From: a virus
Length of the DNA: 52,813 bases
Virus record (IMG/VR): IMGVR_UViG_3300025291_000002
Reading direction: 5' to 3' (one strand)
In this document: positions 1 to 9,146 of the stretch, piece by piece
Layout: each line of letters begins with the position of its first letter
Position numbering within the stretch: the stretch's first letter is position 1
Position numbers and translations under genes: made by a program
The notes under the pieces: generated by a model
The model's input: the letters and a program-made list of their open reading frames with translations, nothing else
The model's database searches: none
Told to the model about the DNA's origin: nothing

Positions 1-127
1 AACCGCTTTTGGTTTAATCCTCTTCAGCAACGCCTTATAGAGCCGCGTTCGCCACCAGAAGACATTAAACACTCTGGAAACACGCGCGGCATGGAATGCT
101 ACGAGACCCGTTTCCGATTGGAGTACA
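1..127. repeat. Terminal overlap copy A, identical to 52687..52813
   Basis: Base-by-base comparison of the window start and end shows 127/127 identity. It lies inside a coding frame that runs through the junction. Confidence 0.95.
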
Positions 128-651
128 CTGGCGATCCGTTCGAAGGCTGGGTGGCGACGATAGCGCGGAGCGACACGCCCTAGTATCGCACTCAAGGCGA
201 TGATGGATGTATCATCAAACACCGGCGGAACCTTAGCCATAGCGCGAATGTCATCATAACCAGGTACGTCCGACGACGATATTTTCGCGCCCGCATCCAT
301 GCGATCGAGAATGTCATCGAAATAAATATCTCGGTATTTGTCGCCATCAAAAACGCGGAGCGCTGAGTCGAAAGTTTTGCAGACATACGCGGCCGGACGG
401 ATGCCTCTGACTACCTGAAAAGCCCCGGTTCGCAGGCTCTTCAGAATGCTCGATCTCCCCACATTTTGACGCCGAGGAGCAAGGTTTTGTAGCCCTAACG
501 AGACCTCGAAACGCACCAACTGCCAGGGGTTAACTCCGTCGACACGCAACCCGAGCAACCCATTCCGAGTCTCAACATCACGCACAAGGCGGGAGACCTC
601 TGCCTCTGTCATTCGTTTGTGATCAAGCATGCGCCACCGGAAGTCGTTCAT
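1..651 (-). CDS. N-terminal 217 codons of a junction-spanning GT-B-like polysaccharide transferase (continues at 52686 down to the stop at 51901)
   Basis: My translation shows the minus-strand frame open from ATG 651 (MNDFRWRMLDHKRMTEAEV...) to nt 1. It is in phase with ORF 51901..52758 once the overlap is collapsed, giving 478 aa combined. It is absent from the ORF track because it has no in-window stop. The start codon is uncertain (no clear SD). Confidence 0.7.
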   Translation of the reverse strand, partial: MNDFRWRMLDHKRMTEAEVSRLVRDVETRNGLLGLRVDGVNPWQLVRFEVSLGLQNLAPRRQNVGRSSILKSLRTGAFQVVRGIRPAAYVCKTFDSALRVFDGDKYRDIYFDDILDRMDAGAKISSSDVPGYDDIRAMAKVPPVFDDTSIIALSAILGRVAPRYRRHPAFERIASVLQSETGLVAFHAARVSRVFNVFWWRTRLYKALLKRIKPKAV

Positions 652-725
652 GTGTATTGTCTGCGCAGGAGGTGGACATGTTCTTTCACAAGTTGTAGGT
701 GAGATGGGCTATCTAACCTGTCTAA

Positions 726-1985
726 GTGGAAACTTCTAGCGGCAACTGCAGAAACATGATTTTTCGTCTGATAGTCGCGGCAGCGTTGTTCTTTCCAGTT
801 GTCGGATCGTTCCTATTAGAGCTCGGGGTCTGGGGGCAAGGAATTAATCAGTTCGGCAATCCGAACGGTGCAACATTAGCCATGATAGCTTTTGTCGCAA
901 TGTTCTTGGCGGTTATCGCATGGCTTGAGCGAACGAAGCTGTTGAGCCAGCTTGGAGCAGGCCGCGCAGTTTCAGCAGATTTAGATCTAACCCCTGTTCG
1001 CTGTGCGGTGCTTCTCGTCCCGATGGCCGGATACGTGCTGTTCGTGATCGGAGGCATTCATACGATACTGGATGGCGTGGGAGCTGGCAAATTCCGGGCC
1101 GAGCTCGGCAATGGCGGCGCGCTCGGATATTTGATCCTGAAGTTCTATGCCCCCGCGCTGTTCAGCGTGACCGCATTGTGCATGGCGACCACACGCCGCT
1201 TGTCACTGTTTTCAGTCGCAAGCCTAGTGCTTTTGGCCGTCATATCCATCTCTTTTGGTTACAAGAGCGCGATTATAATGGCGCTGCTCCCCACGGCAGT
1301 CCTGCTGTTTTGGAACTGCCGCTTGCGATCTGTCCTCTATTTGGGCGGAGCAGTGACAGTAGCAATTGTCGTCTCTTATTGGTTTATGAAGCCCGACGAC
1401 CAGGTGAAGATCCCGCTTCTGGCTGCCATTGGGTACCGCGCATTTGTCCTGAACGCGGAAGGCGCCTGGAAAATATGGGATATCTACAGCAGTGGCGGAG
1501 ATCTCCCGAGCTACCTAAACACTCTGCCAGCAGTTTTCGGTGACCGCGTATACTCGGCCCTGACGGGCATCACGCGATCCGATCCAGAAGCCTGGGTCAT
1601 GTCGCATTTCAGTTTGATGGCAACGCACCTTTCTGGCTACAAGCCCGAATATCTCCTTGCAACGGGACACAACAACAGCGCGGGCGTGATGGCGGAAGGT
1701 ATCATTGCCGGCGGGGTCGCCGGGATGTTGGCGTTTGCAGCTGTTGCCGCAGTGATCACGAACGCCCTCTACCACTTTATCGAGAACCGGCTGGAAGCTC
1801 AGGATTTCGCAGCAGCGTCGGTAGCGGCGTGCTATTTCGTCTACAGCCTGATCGCATGGATGATCGGCGGAGGCGTTGTCGAAATCATTCACCTCTCCAT
1901 AATCGTAGGAACGTTGAGCAGTTTTGCATTGCTCAGGTGGACCACCGGATGGAGACCATCCTGGCGCCTTCAGGAGGCATCATGA
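726..1985 (+). CDS. Polytopic membrane protein, Wzy-type repeat-unit polymerase-like
   Basis: 419-aa ORF (GTG 726, alternative ATG 756 MIFRLIVAAALFF) with many hydrophobic helices and one large loop. It sits in the polysaccharide cassette. The family assignment is by architecture only. Confidence 0.5.
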   Translation: METSSGNCRNMIFRLIVAAALFFPVVGSFLLELGVWGQGINQFGNPNGATLAMIAFVAMFLAVIAWLERTKLLSQLGAGRAVSADLDLTPVRCAVLLVPMAGYVLFVIGGIHTILDGVGAGKFRAELGNGGALGYLILKFYAPALFSVTALCMATTRRLSLFSVASLVLLAVISISFGYKSAIIMALLPTAVLLFWNCRLRSVLYLGGAVTVAIVVSYWFMKPDDQVKIPLLAAIGYRAFVLNAEGAWKIWDIYSSGGDLPSYLNTLPAVFGDRVYSALTGITRSDPEAWVMSHFSLMATHLSGYKPEYLLATGHNNSAGVMAEGIIAGGVAGMLAFAAVAAVITNALYHFIENRLEAQDFAAASVAACYFVYSLIAWMIGGGVVEIIHLSIIVGTLSSFALLRWTTGWRPSWRLQEAS

Positions 1986-3346
1986 CCGATCAGACCGCTT
2001 CGCTATCATATTCGCCCACCACCCTGTGGGACTGGTATCGGCGCGGCGGCGACATTCTGGTCTACCTTGCAATTTCCCTGAGCATCGCAATCTTCGTCGG
2101 CCAAGAGAGGATGATCTCTCGGGGCGATTTGGCGTATTGGCTTCTCGTCGGCCCTGCCTTGCTCATGCCGTTGCTTCGCGTCCGGCAAACGATGGAGAAC
2201 CTCCTGCTTGGGGTAGCGCGCCCCATCGCCGCATTCGGCATTCTCAGCGGGGTTTGGTTCCTCTTCCAACGCGACTTTGGCGCCATCCCCCCAATCTTCC
2301 TGATCGTTTGGGTGGCTGGTTGGGCCTGCCGCTCTGAAGCAAGGATAAGCGCGAGAACTCTATTCGCCTTAACGTTGGTCTTCTATCTTGCGGGCAGCGC
2401 ATCCTTCCTCATGCAGCCGCCCTATGGAAATTTCCCTTGGTTGATGGAGCATTTAGCCCAACCCGAGGCCGCCGAAGGCAACAGCGATGTTGAACTTGCA
2501 GTGCCGGAACAAGAGCGTGCTGGATTGAACATCAACGCCTGGGGCATCCTGCCAAACCAGACGGCGGTAGCATTCCAGCCATGGCGGATATCCGTAACTC
2601 CAAACATCGCCACCTCGGGGATATTCTCCCTGATGGTTCTGCTGGTGCTCGTTCGCCGCTTCAGACCGAAGCCGATCGAGGCCCTGACCGCAGTCACCGC
2701 CATTTATTTCGCGATTCTATCTTTCGTTAGGGCGGTGTTCGTCAGCATAGCACTCTTTGCGGCCACACTAGGCATTATGGCCGTATTGCCCAATCGTCCT
2801 GGCTTGCGGGTCGCTGCAGCCATGTGCATGACTGTCGGCCTGACCCTGTTCGTGGCTTTCTCTCCGTTTCTGCTTTATGCCCTGCAGGATTGGAGCATCT
2901 TGTCTCGAATGTTCCTTCGCGGGCAGACTGGCATGTCCACAGCCGATATCTATCGGCAGATGTACCGCCCGTGGCTCTGGGGCGAGCACATGAAGCTATT
3001 CTGGAGCAGCCCCTATCTAATGGGATATGGCAGCGAGCTCGCCACCAGCGCCCTCAAAAACATCATTAACGCGGGCCAGATGCGATCGGATTCCGTTTCG
3101 TTCCTAACGCGGATGATCGCAACTTATGGCATCCCAGCTTTCGGGATCATCATCTTCCTTGTTGAGCGGTGCTATCGCCATGCAAAGGACAACGACATCT
3201 GGGCCGTGGCGGTCCTGTCAGTCATGATCTGGCTGATGATGAGCTGGGGCAGCATCTTCCACCCCAGCAACGGCATGTTCGCGCTTGCGTTTCTTCTTGT
3301 CGGAAAAGGATCAAGAGCATTGGATGGCGACGCGCGCGCCCAATGA
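1982..3346 (+). CDS. Polytopic membrane protein, O-antigen ligase/polymerase-like
   Basis: ATG 1982 overlaps the upstream stop (ATGA); the ORF-track start at 1829 lies inside the upstream gene. About 454 aa, multi-pass, with a late loop WLWGEHMKLFWSSPYLMGYGSE. Confidence 0.5.
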   Translation: MTDQTASLSYSPTTLWDWYRRGGDILVYLAISLSIAIFVGQERMISRGDLAYWLLVGPALLMPLLRVRQTMENLLLGVARPIAAFGILSGVWFLFQRDFGAIPPIFLIVWVAGWACRSEARISARTLFALTLVFYLAGSASFLMQPPYGNFPWLMEHLAQPEAAEGNSDVELAVPEQERAGLNINAWGILPNQTAVAFQPWRISVTPNIATSGIFSLMVLLVLVRRFRPKPIEALTAVTAIYFAILSFVRAVFVSIALFAATLGIMAVLPNRPGLRVAAAMCMTVGLTLFVAFSPFLLYALQDWSILSRMFLRGQTGMSTADIYRQMYRPWLWGEHMKLFWSSPYLMGYGSELATSALKNIINAGQMRSDSVSFLTRMIATYGIPAFGIIIFLVERCYRHAKDNDIWAVAVLSVMIWLMMSWGSIFHPSNGMFALAFLLVGKGSRALDGDARAQ

Positions 3347-3877
3347 TCACCACTCTTCGATCTCCACTGCATAGTTGAGGGAAAATGAGAACGCCGATCC
3401 AAGCGCATTGGCATTGATCGGCGTGAGGCCGGGGTTCCCGCTGTTCTGCACACCGATCCTCAGGAATGCATCACCGCCGAGGCCAAGCAAACTGATGTCT
3501 GCCGCAAGGGCTGTCGACAGGATCATCCTGCCCGCGATGAAGCGAAAGCTGTTCCACTGGCTGTCGATATGGACGTTACCATCAGACCCGTTGTAGCCGA
3601 TCGATACGCGAGCCTCTACTGCGGACGTGGAGCCGGCAGTAGCGTCGACAACGCCATAGAGAATGTTGCCAACGCGCCAAGATCTCGCCTTGACTAGAGA
3701 CAGCGATCCGAACCCCGTCAACGTCGGCGTATAAGCGACTGGTGCTGAGACAAACGGGATGTCGGCCGGGATGCCGAGCAGCGTCCTGATCGCGGCAGCA
3801 TCCGAGGCCGACAGCACCTGCCTCCCTATTGCGGTCGCATTCTGGATCCTGCCTTGGTCGAGCTTTGTGTTTGCCAT
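3347..3877 (-). CDS. Small tail-fibre-like / tail-fibre accessory protein
   Basis: 176 aa and the last gene of the tail operon. The N-terminus (MANTKLDQGRIQNATAIGRQVLSASDAAAIRTLLGIPA) resembles phage fibre N-termini. Function inferred from position. Confidence 0.45.
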   Translation of the reverse strand: MANTKLDQGRIQNATAIGRQVLSASDAAAIRTLLGIPADIPFVSAPVAYTPTLTGFGSLSLVKARSWRVGNILYGVVDATAGSTSAVEARVSIGYNGSDGNVHIDSQWNSFRFIAGRMILSTALAADISLLGLGGDAFLRIGVQNSGNPGLTPINANALGSAFSFSLNYAVEIEEW

Positions 3878-3888
3878 GTCAATCTTCC

Positions 3889-5886
3889 TCAGCAGGCGTT
3901 CGGGGTTGAGAGGATCAAGTTGGCGACGACATCGTGTCCGAGAGGTCCGATGTGCTGCTCATCAACGAATAGGGCTGCGTAGGCCGGCGCAGACATGGAC
4001 GCTTTGAGATCCATGAAACGCTCGTACACCGGCACGTAAATCACGCCAGACATCGCACCGACTTCCTGCTGAGCAGTCAGATAGGGACCAAACCCTGCGA
4101 GCATGCCAGCGTTCTGAGTGGCAGTGGCCGACGACAGCGTCACGGTGATGCCGGCTGCCTGGGCTTGGTTGACCATCCACGCCAGGTCGTCCTTCATGCT
4201 GGCTGCTGAATAGCCATCGAAGAAGTCGTTGATGCCAGTCATGATGTGAACGGCCTGAGGCTGACGGGCCACGACATCGGCCGTGAAGCGCGCGCGCATC
4301 TCCGATGCGTTTTCACCGGGCACGCCTTTATTGAGACCAAACGCCCACCTGCGCCCGTTCTGGACCTTCGTCCGGAACGAGTCCTTTTCGGTAACCCCAG
4401 GCCTGACTGCATAGGTGACGCTATCGCCCATCCAGACGAGGTCACGCCTTACACCGGCTGGATACATACCAGAAAGGCGCAGCGTGCCTGCAGCATCATA
4501 GGGGAGCGGGCCACCGCCTCCGTTGGCTCGGTTCTGAAACAGAATGTCTGTCCTGTTGGCGAGTTGTACCGCTTGGATGTCATCGCCTGTAAATGTGATC
4601 CCCTGGGCAGCGATGACCACAGGTGTATTGATGCCAGCTGAAATATACGGCAGCCCATCCACGTACATGTCGCCCGACCCGGTGCCTCCGGTCCAGACAA
4701 GTTCGAGGTTGAAGAACACCATCCCACTCACGAGACGGTAGGTGCCAGACTGGACGCTATAGGTTGCCGTTCCCGCGACAGTGCCGCCCTTGACAACCGG
4801 CATGATGCTGCCGAACTCCCCGAAGAGGCTGACGACACTCGGGCCGAGTTTTGAATACTCGACGGACTCGTCTTCAATCTGCTCGTTGCCGACGGCCCCC
4901 AGCTGGAGTTGATCTGTCCCGACCGTGCCATCGCTGGGTGCGCCGAGCTCTCGCACTTCCGTTTGGACAACGGCCTCCCATGGGATGCCGGCCCCCGGAT
5001 CATCAACGAACGTGAAGGTGTTGCCGCTGATCGTGTAGACCGACGAGGTGTGGTCCTGGATAACGCCGCCGAGCTTGATATCGATGTTGTTGATGCTACC
5101 GATCGCCACCCCGACGTTGTACGGGCCGACGTTGGCCGGCGCTCCGGTACCTGTCGTGCCGCGCGCAGACGCTCTGTTATAGGTGACGGCGCTCTGTGCG
5201 ACGAGTGCCCACTCCTTCGCAGACTTTGTGAGTGCACCACCAGGCAGCGTTCCTTCTGCCCACGCCTCCGCGAGAGCCGCCGCCGCTTCAGATGCAGCCT
5301 GTATCGCCGCGCTCGCAATGTCGCTGGCGAGGCGGAACTCTGAACCGGATTTGACGCCAAGAACCTGCATCCCAGCCGTGAAAGCTCCCGCCGGGATCTC
5401 ATTGCCGCTGCTCGTCTTCATCGTCAGAACGGCGTTGCCATTGAACTGGACCGTCACGGGGCTTGCGTCGTTCGCCTCGGCGACGTCGAGAATGACCATC
5501 ACTCCATCAACGATAGGGAGCGCCGATGTCGCCTTGATTGCGTTGGACGTTCCCTCGCCGCTGTCGGAAGCCGGGATGAAGGAGAAGGGCAGCGGCAGTG
5601 CATAGACGAACGAGCCCGTGCCAGGTGCACCCAGCTTTCGCCAGATGCCGTTATTTGCCGGCGTCGGGTCTGCATAAACCCAAACGGTCTGATCCGGGTT
5701 GTAGGAGAGATCGGCAAACAGTTCCGCCTTCGTGGCCTTCGCCTCCGAGCCAGCCCCCACGCCGACGGCATTCAGGATCGTCTCGTACTGTGTCAGCAGC
5801 GATCTGATTTGATCCTTGCTCGGCTGATATGGGTCGGCGGAAGGCCCGTCGGCGAACACCGTCGCCGCGTTAGGGGAAAAGGCCAT
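3889..5886 (-). CDS. Tail fibre with C-terminal SGNH/GDSL esterase domain
   Basis: 665 aa. The C-terminal ~185 aa carry SGNH blocks: WMGDSVT (I), GVPGENA (II), GINDF (III), DEQHIGPLGH (V). It lies downstream of the tail-tip protein. Confidence 0.75.
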   Translation of the reverse strand: MAFSPNAATVFADGPSADPYQPSKDQIRSLLTQYETILNAVGVGAGSEAKATKAELFADLSYNPDQTVWVYADPTPANNGIWRKLGAPGTGSFVYALPLPFSFIPASDSGEGTSNAIKATSALPIVDGVMVILDVAEANDASPVTVQFNGNAVLTMKTSSGNEIPAGAFTAGMQVLGVKSGSEFRLASDIASAAIQAASEAAAALAEAWAEGTLPGGALTKSAKEWALVAQSAVTYNRASARGTTGTGAPANVGPYNVGVAIGSINNIDIKLGGVIQDHTSSVYTISGNTFTFVDDPGAGIPWEAVVQTEVRELGAPSDGTVGTDQLQLGAVGNEQIEDESVEYSKLGPSVVSLFGEFGSIMPVVKGGTVAGTATYSVQSGTYRLVSGMVFFNLELVWTGGTGSGDMYVDGLPYISAGINTPVVIAAQGITFTGDDIQAVQLANRTDILFQNRANGGGGPLPYDAAGTLRLSGMYPAGVRRDLVWMGDSVTYAVRPGVTEKDSFRTKVQNGRRWAFGLNKGVPGENASEMRARFTADVVARQPQAVHIMTGINDFFDGYSAASMKDDLAWMVNQAQAAGITVTLSSATATQNAGMLAGFGPYLTAQQEVGAMSGVIYVPVYERFMDLKASMSAPAYAALFVDEQHIGPLGHDVVANLILSTPNAC

Positions 5887-5910
5887 GTCTTTCTCCAGAA
5901 GGAAGATGAG

Positions 5911-8112
5911 TTAGATCGTGATCGTCGATGACGCTTGCGTCGCAGAGGGAATGCCGGAGCCGTTCTCGGCGCCGGCCCAGTATTTCCATGTCCCAACGCC
6001 GGGTGTGTCGGTGAACGAGATCGTTTGGTTGGCGGTCACGTTGTATTGGCCGATCAGCGTTGCGGCCGCGAAACTTTGCGACGTAAGGCCTCGCTTGAAG
6101 ACGAGGAAACGCGTGTTGTCGTTTGCGGCCTTGGCGCTGACCGTCACGGTTCCGGCGGCGTTGCTGGTCGTCATGTTCGTCGGCACGCCCGGCGCTGTCG
6201 GATCGACCGTTGACGTAACGTTTGCGGTGATCGACCAAGGCCCGTAGTCGCCATCGGAAGCGATAAATGCCACCTGAATATCCAAGAGCTTGTTTGACGG
6301 CACGACGTTCGTGCTCATGTCGATAAAGCCGCCAGCCGGCACAGGGTTCGGGAACCGCTGCTCGATCCATGGGCCGGGCGTGCCGGAGCCCGCATCAGCG
6401 AGGCGATACCGCACGACCGGGATAAGGCTGCTGTCGGCCGGGTCGATGATGACCACACGGACATAGACGCTGTCGCCGTTGGGGCGAGCTTGAACCAGGT
6501 TGATGACCGGCGTCAGGATGCCGGCAGGGCTAGTTCGCGGTGGTGTGGAAGGCTGGCGTCCTTCGTCTGTCGCCGGGTTCCATGCGTCGATGTTGTCGGG
6601 GTGCTTCATGATATCCATCACGAAGCCACCCTGCAGTAGCGACAGGACGGATTTGCGGTTCTCGACGATCTTGCCGTCCAGCCTCGGAAGCATGTTCGGC
6701 GTCACCATGCGGACCCATCGGCTGTATACCGAATTGATACCGGAGAGACGGACGTTGATCTGCCCGGTCACCTTCTGCTGAAGGCGAAGCCAGTCACGCT
6801 TGCCGAGCCGGCGCGCCTGCCGCCACTGCTGCACCCACTGGTAATTCGCTTCCTGCGCGAGAACGCGGCCGGCGATCAGCTGAGCGGCAGTGTCCTCGAA
6901 ATAATCCGTGTCGGATGTCGCATAGCCGATCTCGGGATAGCAGAATTTCGGGACGAGGCGATTGCACTCGTCCTCGAACAGCACGTCATATTCGATCTGA
7001 TGTCCGACGATATCGGCATCCGTCAGTGTCGTCAGATACTTTGCCCGGAACTTGCCGACAATGAACAGCAGAGCCCCGTCGCCTCGCTCGCAGATCCAGC
7101 CATCGCAAGACGAGAGGATCGCGTTGGTCCCCGCCTTCGGGTCGTTTTCTGTCGTGTCGAAGCCATTGCACTCGTACCGGCGCTCAAAGCCTCCGCCTGC
7201 GAGCGGCACGAGCTCGTCGCAAACGTCGGCTTCTTCCTGCCACATGTCGAGCACAGGAAGGATCGCGCGCTTGTAATCCCGGCGATGACCGAACTCGTTG
7301 AAGCACTGGTGCCAGGCCATGATGACTGCGGCGTTCCGCGTCCATTGCCATGTCGCGGGGTTCTCCGGGTCCTGAAGCGGGTCGCGAAAATCCCAGCAGA
7401 GCGCCATATCGGCCTCGACCGAAAGCTGCGGCGGGCCATAAGGGAACGTCTTCTGCTGTCTCTCGGCCTTGTCGCTGGTGCAGATCATGGCAACGGATGC
7501 CTGTCCGTCCCCGCGATGATTGTTCGTCCACACTCCCGCGGAAGCAAGATCGCCCGAGATGATGGTGTAAGGTGTCTCCGGCACAAGACCTAAGCGGCTC
7601 AGGATCATGACGTTGGTTTTGTAGTTCGTACCCGGGTTGATCTCGCTGTTGACCGCGAGCGTCACCTCGTCATCGTGAAGCCAATATCGATTGACCGACT
7701 TGATACGGTGGCCGGCAATGGCCTGCACCGCGTAGAGCTTCTTGCCGATTGCCTCCCATAGCATGAAGGCGCCTGCGATCCTGTTTCGGCCGACGCCCCA
7801 CCAGCGATAGGGAATGGACTGGATCTTCGGGATTTTGCCGTCTTCAGGCTTCGGCGGCTTCGGAGCGAGCAGCGCTTGAATACCGATCGAGATCGCCGTG
7901 GTCGCGATGGCGGCAGCACCCGTTGCCAGCAAGCCAGCGGTCGTCGCCGAGAACCCGAGCGACGTGAATAGTGTCGTGAACAGCGGAGTGAAGATCGGAT
8001 CGTAATGCGCTGTCGTGCCACGCAGAAACCGATCCTGCCATTCCCACCGGTGAGCATCGAAATAGTGTTCGGCCTCGCTCGGGACGCTTTCATAGGTCGT
8101 CTTCAAGCTCAT
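5911..8112 (-). CDS. Tail tip / host-specificity protein (lambda gpJ / GTA g15-like) with C-terminal FN3-like domain
   Basis: About 733 aa. ATG 8112 overlaps the upstream stop (ATGA). It has a hydrophobic Gly/Ala N-terminal segment followed by a large beta-rich body, and it follows the NlpC/P60-like gene as in GTA-type tails. Confidence 0.65.
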   Translation of the reverse strand: MSLKTTYESVPSEAEHYFDAHRWEWQDRFLRGTTAHYDPIFTPLFTTLFTSLGFSATTAGLLATGAAAIATTAISIGIQALLAPKPPKPEDGKIPKIQSIPYRWWGVGRNRIAGAFMLWEAIGKKLYAVQAIAGHRIKSVNRYWLHDDEVTLAVNSEINPGTNYKTNVMILSRLGLVPETPYTIISGDLASAGVWTNNHRGDGQASVAMICTSDKAERQQKTFPYGPPQLSVEADMALCWDFRDPLQDPENPATWQWTRNAAVIMAWHQCFNEFGHRRDYKRAILPVLDMWQEEADVCDELVPLAGGGFERRYECNGFDTTENDPKAGTNAILSSCDGWICERGDGALLFIVGKFRAKYLTTLTDADIVGHQIEYDVLFEDECNRLVPKFCYPEIGYATSDTDYFEDTAAQLIAGRVLAQEANYQWVQQWRQARRLGKRDWLRLQQKVTGQINVRLSGINSVYSRWVRMVTPNMLPRLDGKIVENRKSVLSLLQGGFVMDIMKHPDNIDAWNPATDEGRQPSTPPRTSPAGILTPVINLVQARPNGDSVYVRVVIIDPADSSLIPVVRYRLADAGSGTPGPWIEQRFPNPVPAGGFIDMSTNVVPSNKLLDIQVAFIASDGDYGPWSITANVTSTVDPTAPGVPTNMTTSNAAGTVTVSAKAANDNTRFLVFKRGLTSQSFAAATLIGQYNVTANQTISFTDTPGVGTWKYWAGAENGSGIPSATQASSTITI

Positions 8113-8525
8113 GCGGGCAGTCTCCACGCGGCGATGAACTCAGCCTTCGTTGCTCGGACGCCGCTCGGGTGGATGCAGGCCCATAGAGGCCCGAAGCGGA
8201 TTGCACCGATCACTGCCTCGGCCTGATCTTCGAAAGTCTCTCCTGTCATGGCCTTGATGAGCCCGATATCGCCCGTGTCCGGCTCCTGGATGCGCTTGGT
8301 CTTGAGCGGCGAAAGCTGATGCTCCATGAGCGCCAGAGAGCCGCCATAGGCTTCGAGGATCTGATGGGCTTCCTCGCGGGTCCGGTATTGCCCGCGAAAC
8401 TCTTCAGCAGGGTCGATATCTGTCACGCGATGCACCCATGAGGCCGGGAAGGTCAGGCAGTCGTCGCCGCCCACCCCGCCCCACCGGAACCGGTGGGGGA
8501 GCGCAAGGAAATGATGAATGTCCAT
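8109..8525 (-). CDS. Tail-associated NlpC/P60-like peptidase (GTA g14 / lambda gpK-like)
   Basis: 138 aa with GGDDC (candidate Cys nucleophile) and a later CIHPSG His. Position matches a conserved tail-tip cluster. Confidence 0.5.
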   Translation of the reverse strand: MDIHHFLALPHRFRWGGVGGDDCLTFPASWVHRVTDIDPAEEFRGQYRTREEAHQILEAYGGSLALMEHQLSPLKTKRIQEPDTGDIGLIKAMTGETFEDQAEAVIGAIRFGPLWACIHPSGVRATKAEFIAAWRLPA

Positions 8526-8531
8526 GAAGCC

Positions 8532-9146
8532 TCAGCTAAAGACCGGCCACTTGGGCTGGATGCCGCGGGCAAGCCTTGGCGTGCCGTCGCAGAATGCGTC
8601 ACTTGGGTACATCGAACGCTGCATCGCGTCCGACCAGAGAACCTTGGAAGGCCGGGAACGGGTGTTCTCGCCGGCAACCACTGCCAGGCTGAGTGAGAGC
8701 GTTGCCGTCTCCCCTTCCCGGATCGGTGGGCGCGCTTCCTTCGGATGCGATGCCACTCCGGTCCAGATCGGGATGATCTTGCTCATCGGCTGGTAGTAGC
8801 GATCGAGTGTCGTCAGTCCGACCTGAACGAGCTTGCCGCGCACCGGCGGGATGCTGTCGATCATCTTGGCCCCGGTGGCAGGGTCGATACCGGAGACCGA
8901 AAAGTCCACCGCATCGGACGTCCCGTTGACCAACACCTCGAGCGAGGGAACGCCGATCAGTCGTCCGCCGCCAAGATAGACCGTCCCGTCAGGGTCGATG
9001 CCATCGAAGCCGATCGGCACGTCATTGACGCCGAACCACATGTGCAGCGCCGGTTCCGTGTCGATGCGCAGGAACACGCCGAGCTGGTGACTGCCTCGCA
9101 TCTCCTCGATGACCTCGGCCGGCACATATTGAGCCGAATATGCCAT
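8532..9146 (-). CDS. Minor tail protein (tail-tip cluster)
   Basis: ATG 9146 overlaps the upstream stop by 1 nt (TGATG arrangement). About 204 aa. The ORF-track start at 9206 lies inside the upstream gene. Function inferred from position. Confidence 0.55.
   Translation of the reverse strand: MAYSAQYVPAEVIEEMRGSHQLGVFLRIDTEPALHMWFGVNDVPIGFDGIDPDGTVYLGGGRLIGVPSLEVLVNGTSDAVDFSVSGIDPATGAKMIDSIPPVRGKLVQVGLTTLDRYYQPMSKIIPIWTGVASHPKEARPPIREGETATLSLSLAVVAGENTRSRPSKVLWSDAMQRSMYPSDAFCDGTPRLARGIQPKWPVFS

Noticed and set aside
1-127. Terminal repeats as biological DTR, LTR or attL/attR
   Set aside because: The repeat lies in the middle of a continuous coding frame. The real attachment site (tRNA-Cys fragment plus integrase) is internal at 47.4 kb, and no host DNA flanks the ends. 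A linearisation or assembly overlap is the simplest explanation, though only reads can prove it.
192-386. 64-aa minus-strand ORF at the window start
   Set aside because: It is in a different frame from the long open frame that crosses the window junction and matches the downstream transferase ORF. It is therefore spurious.
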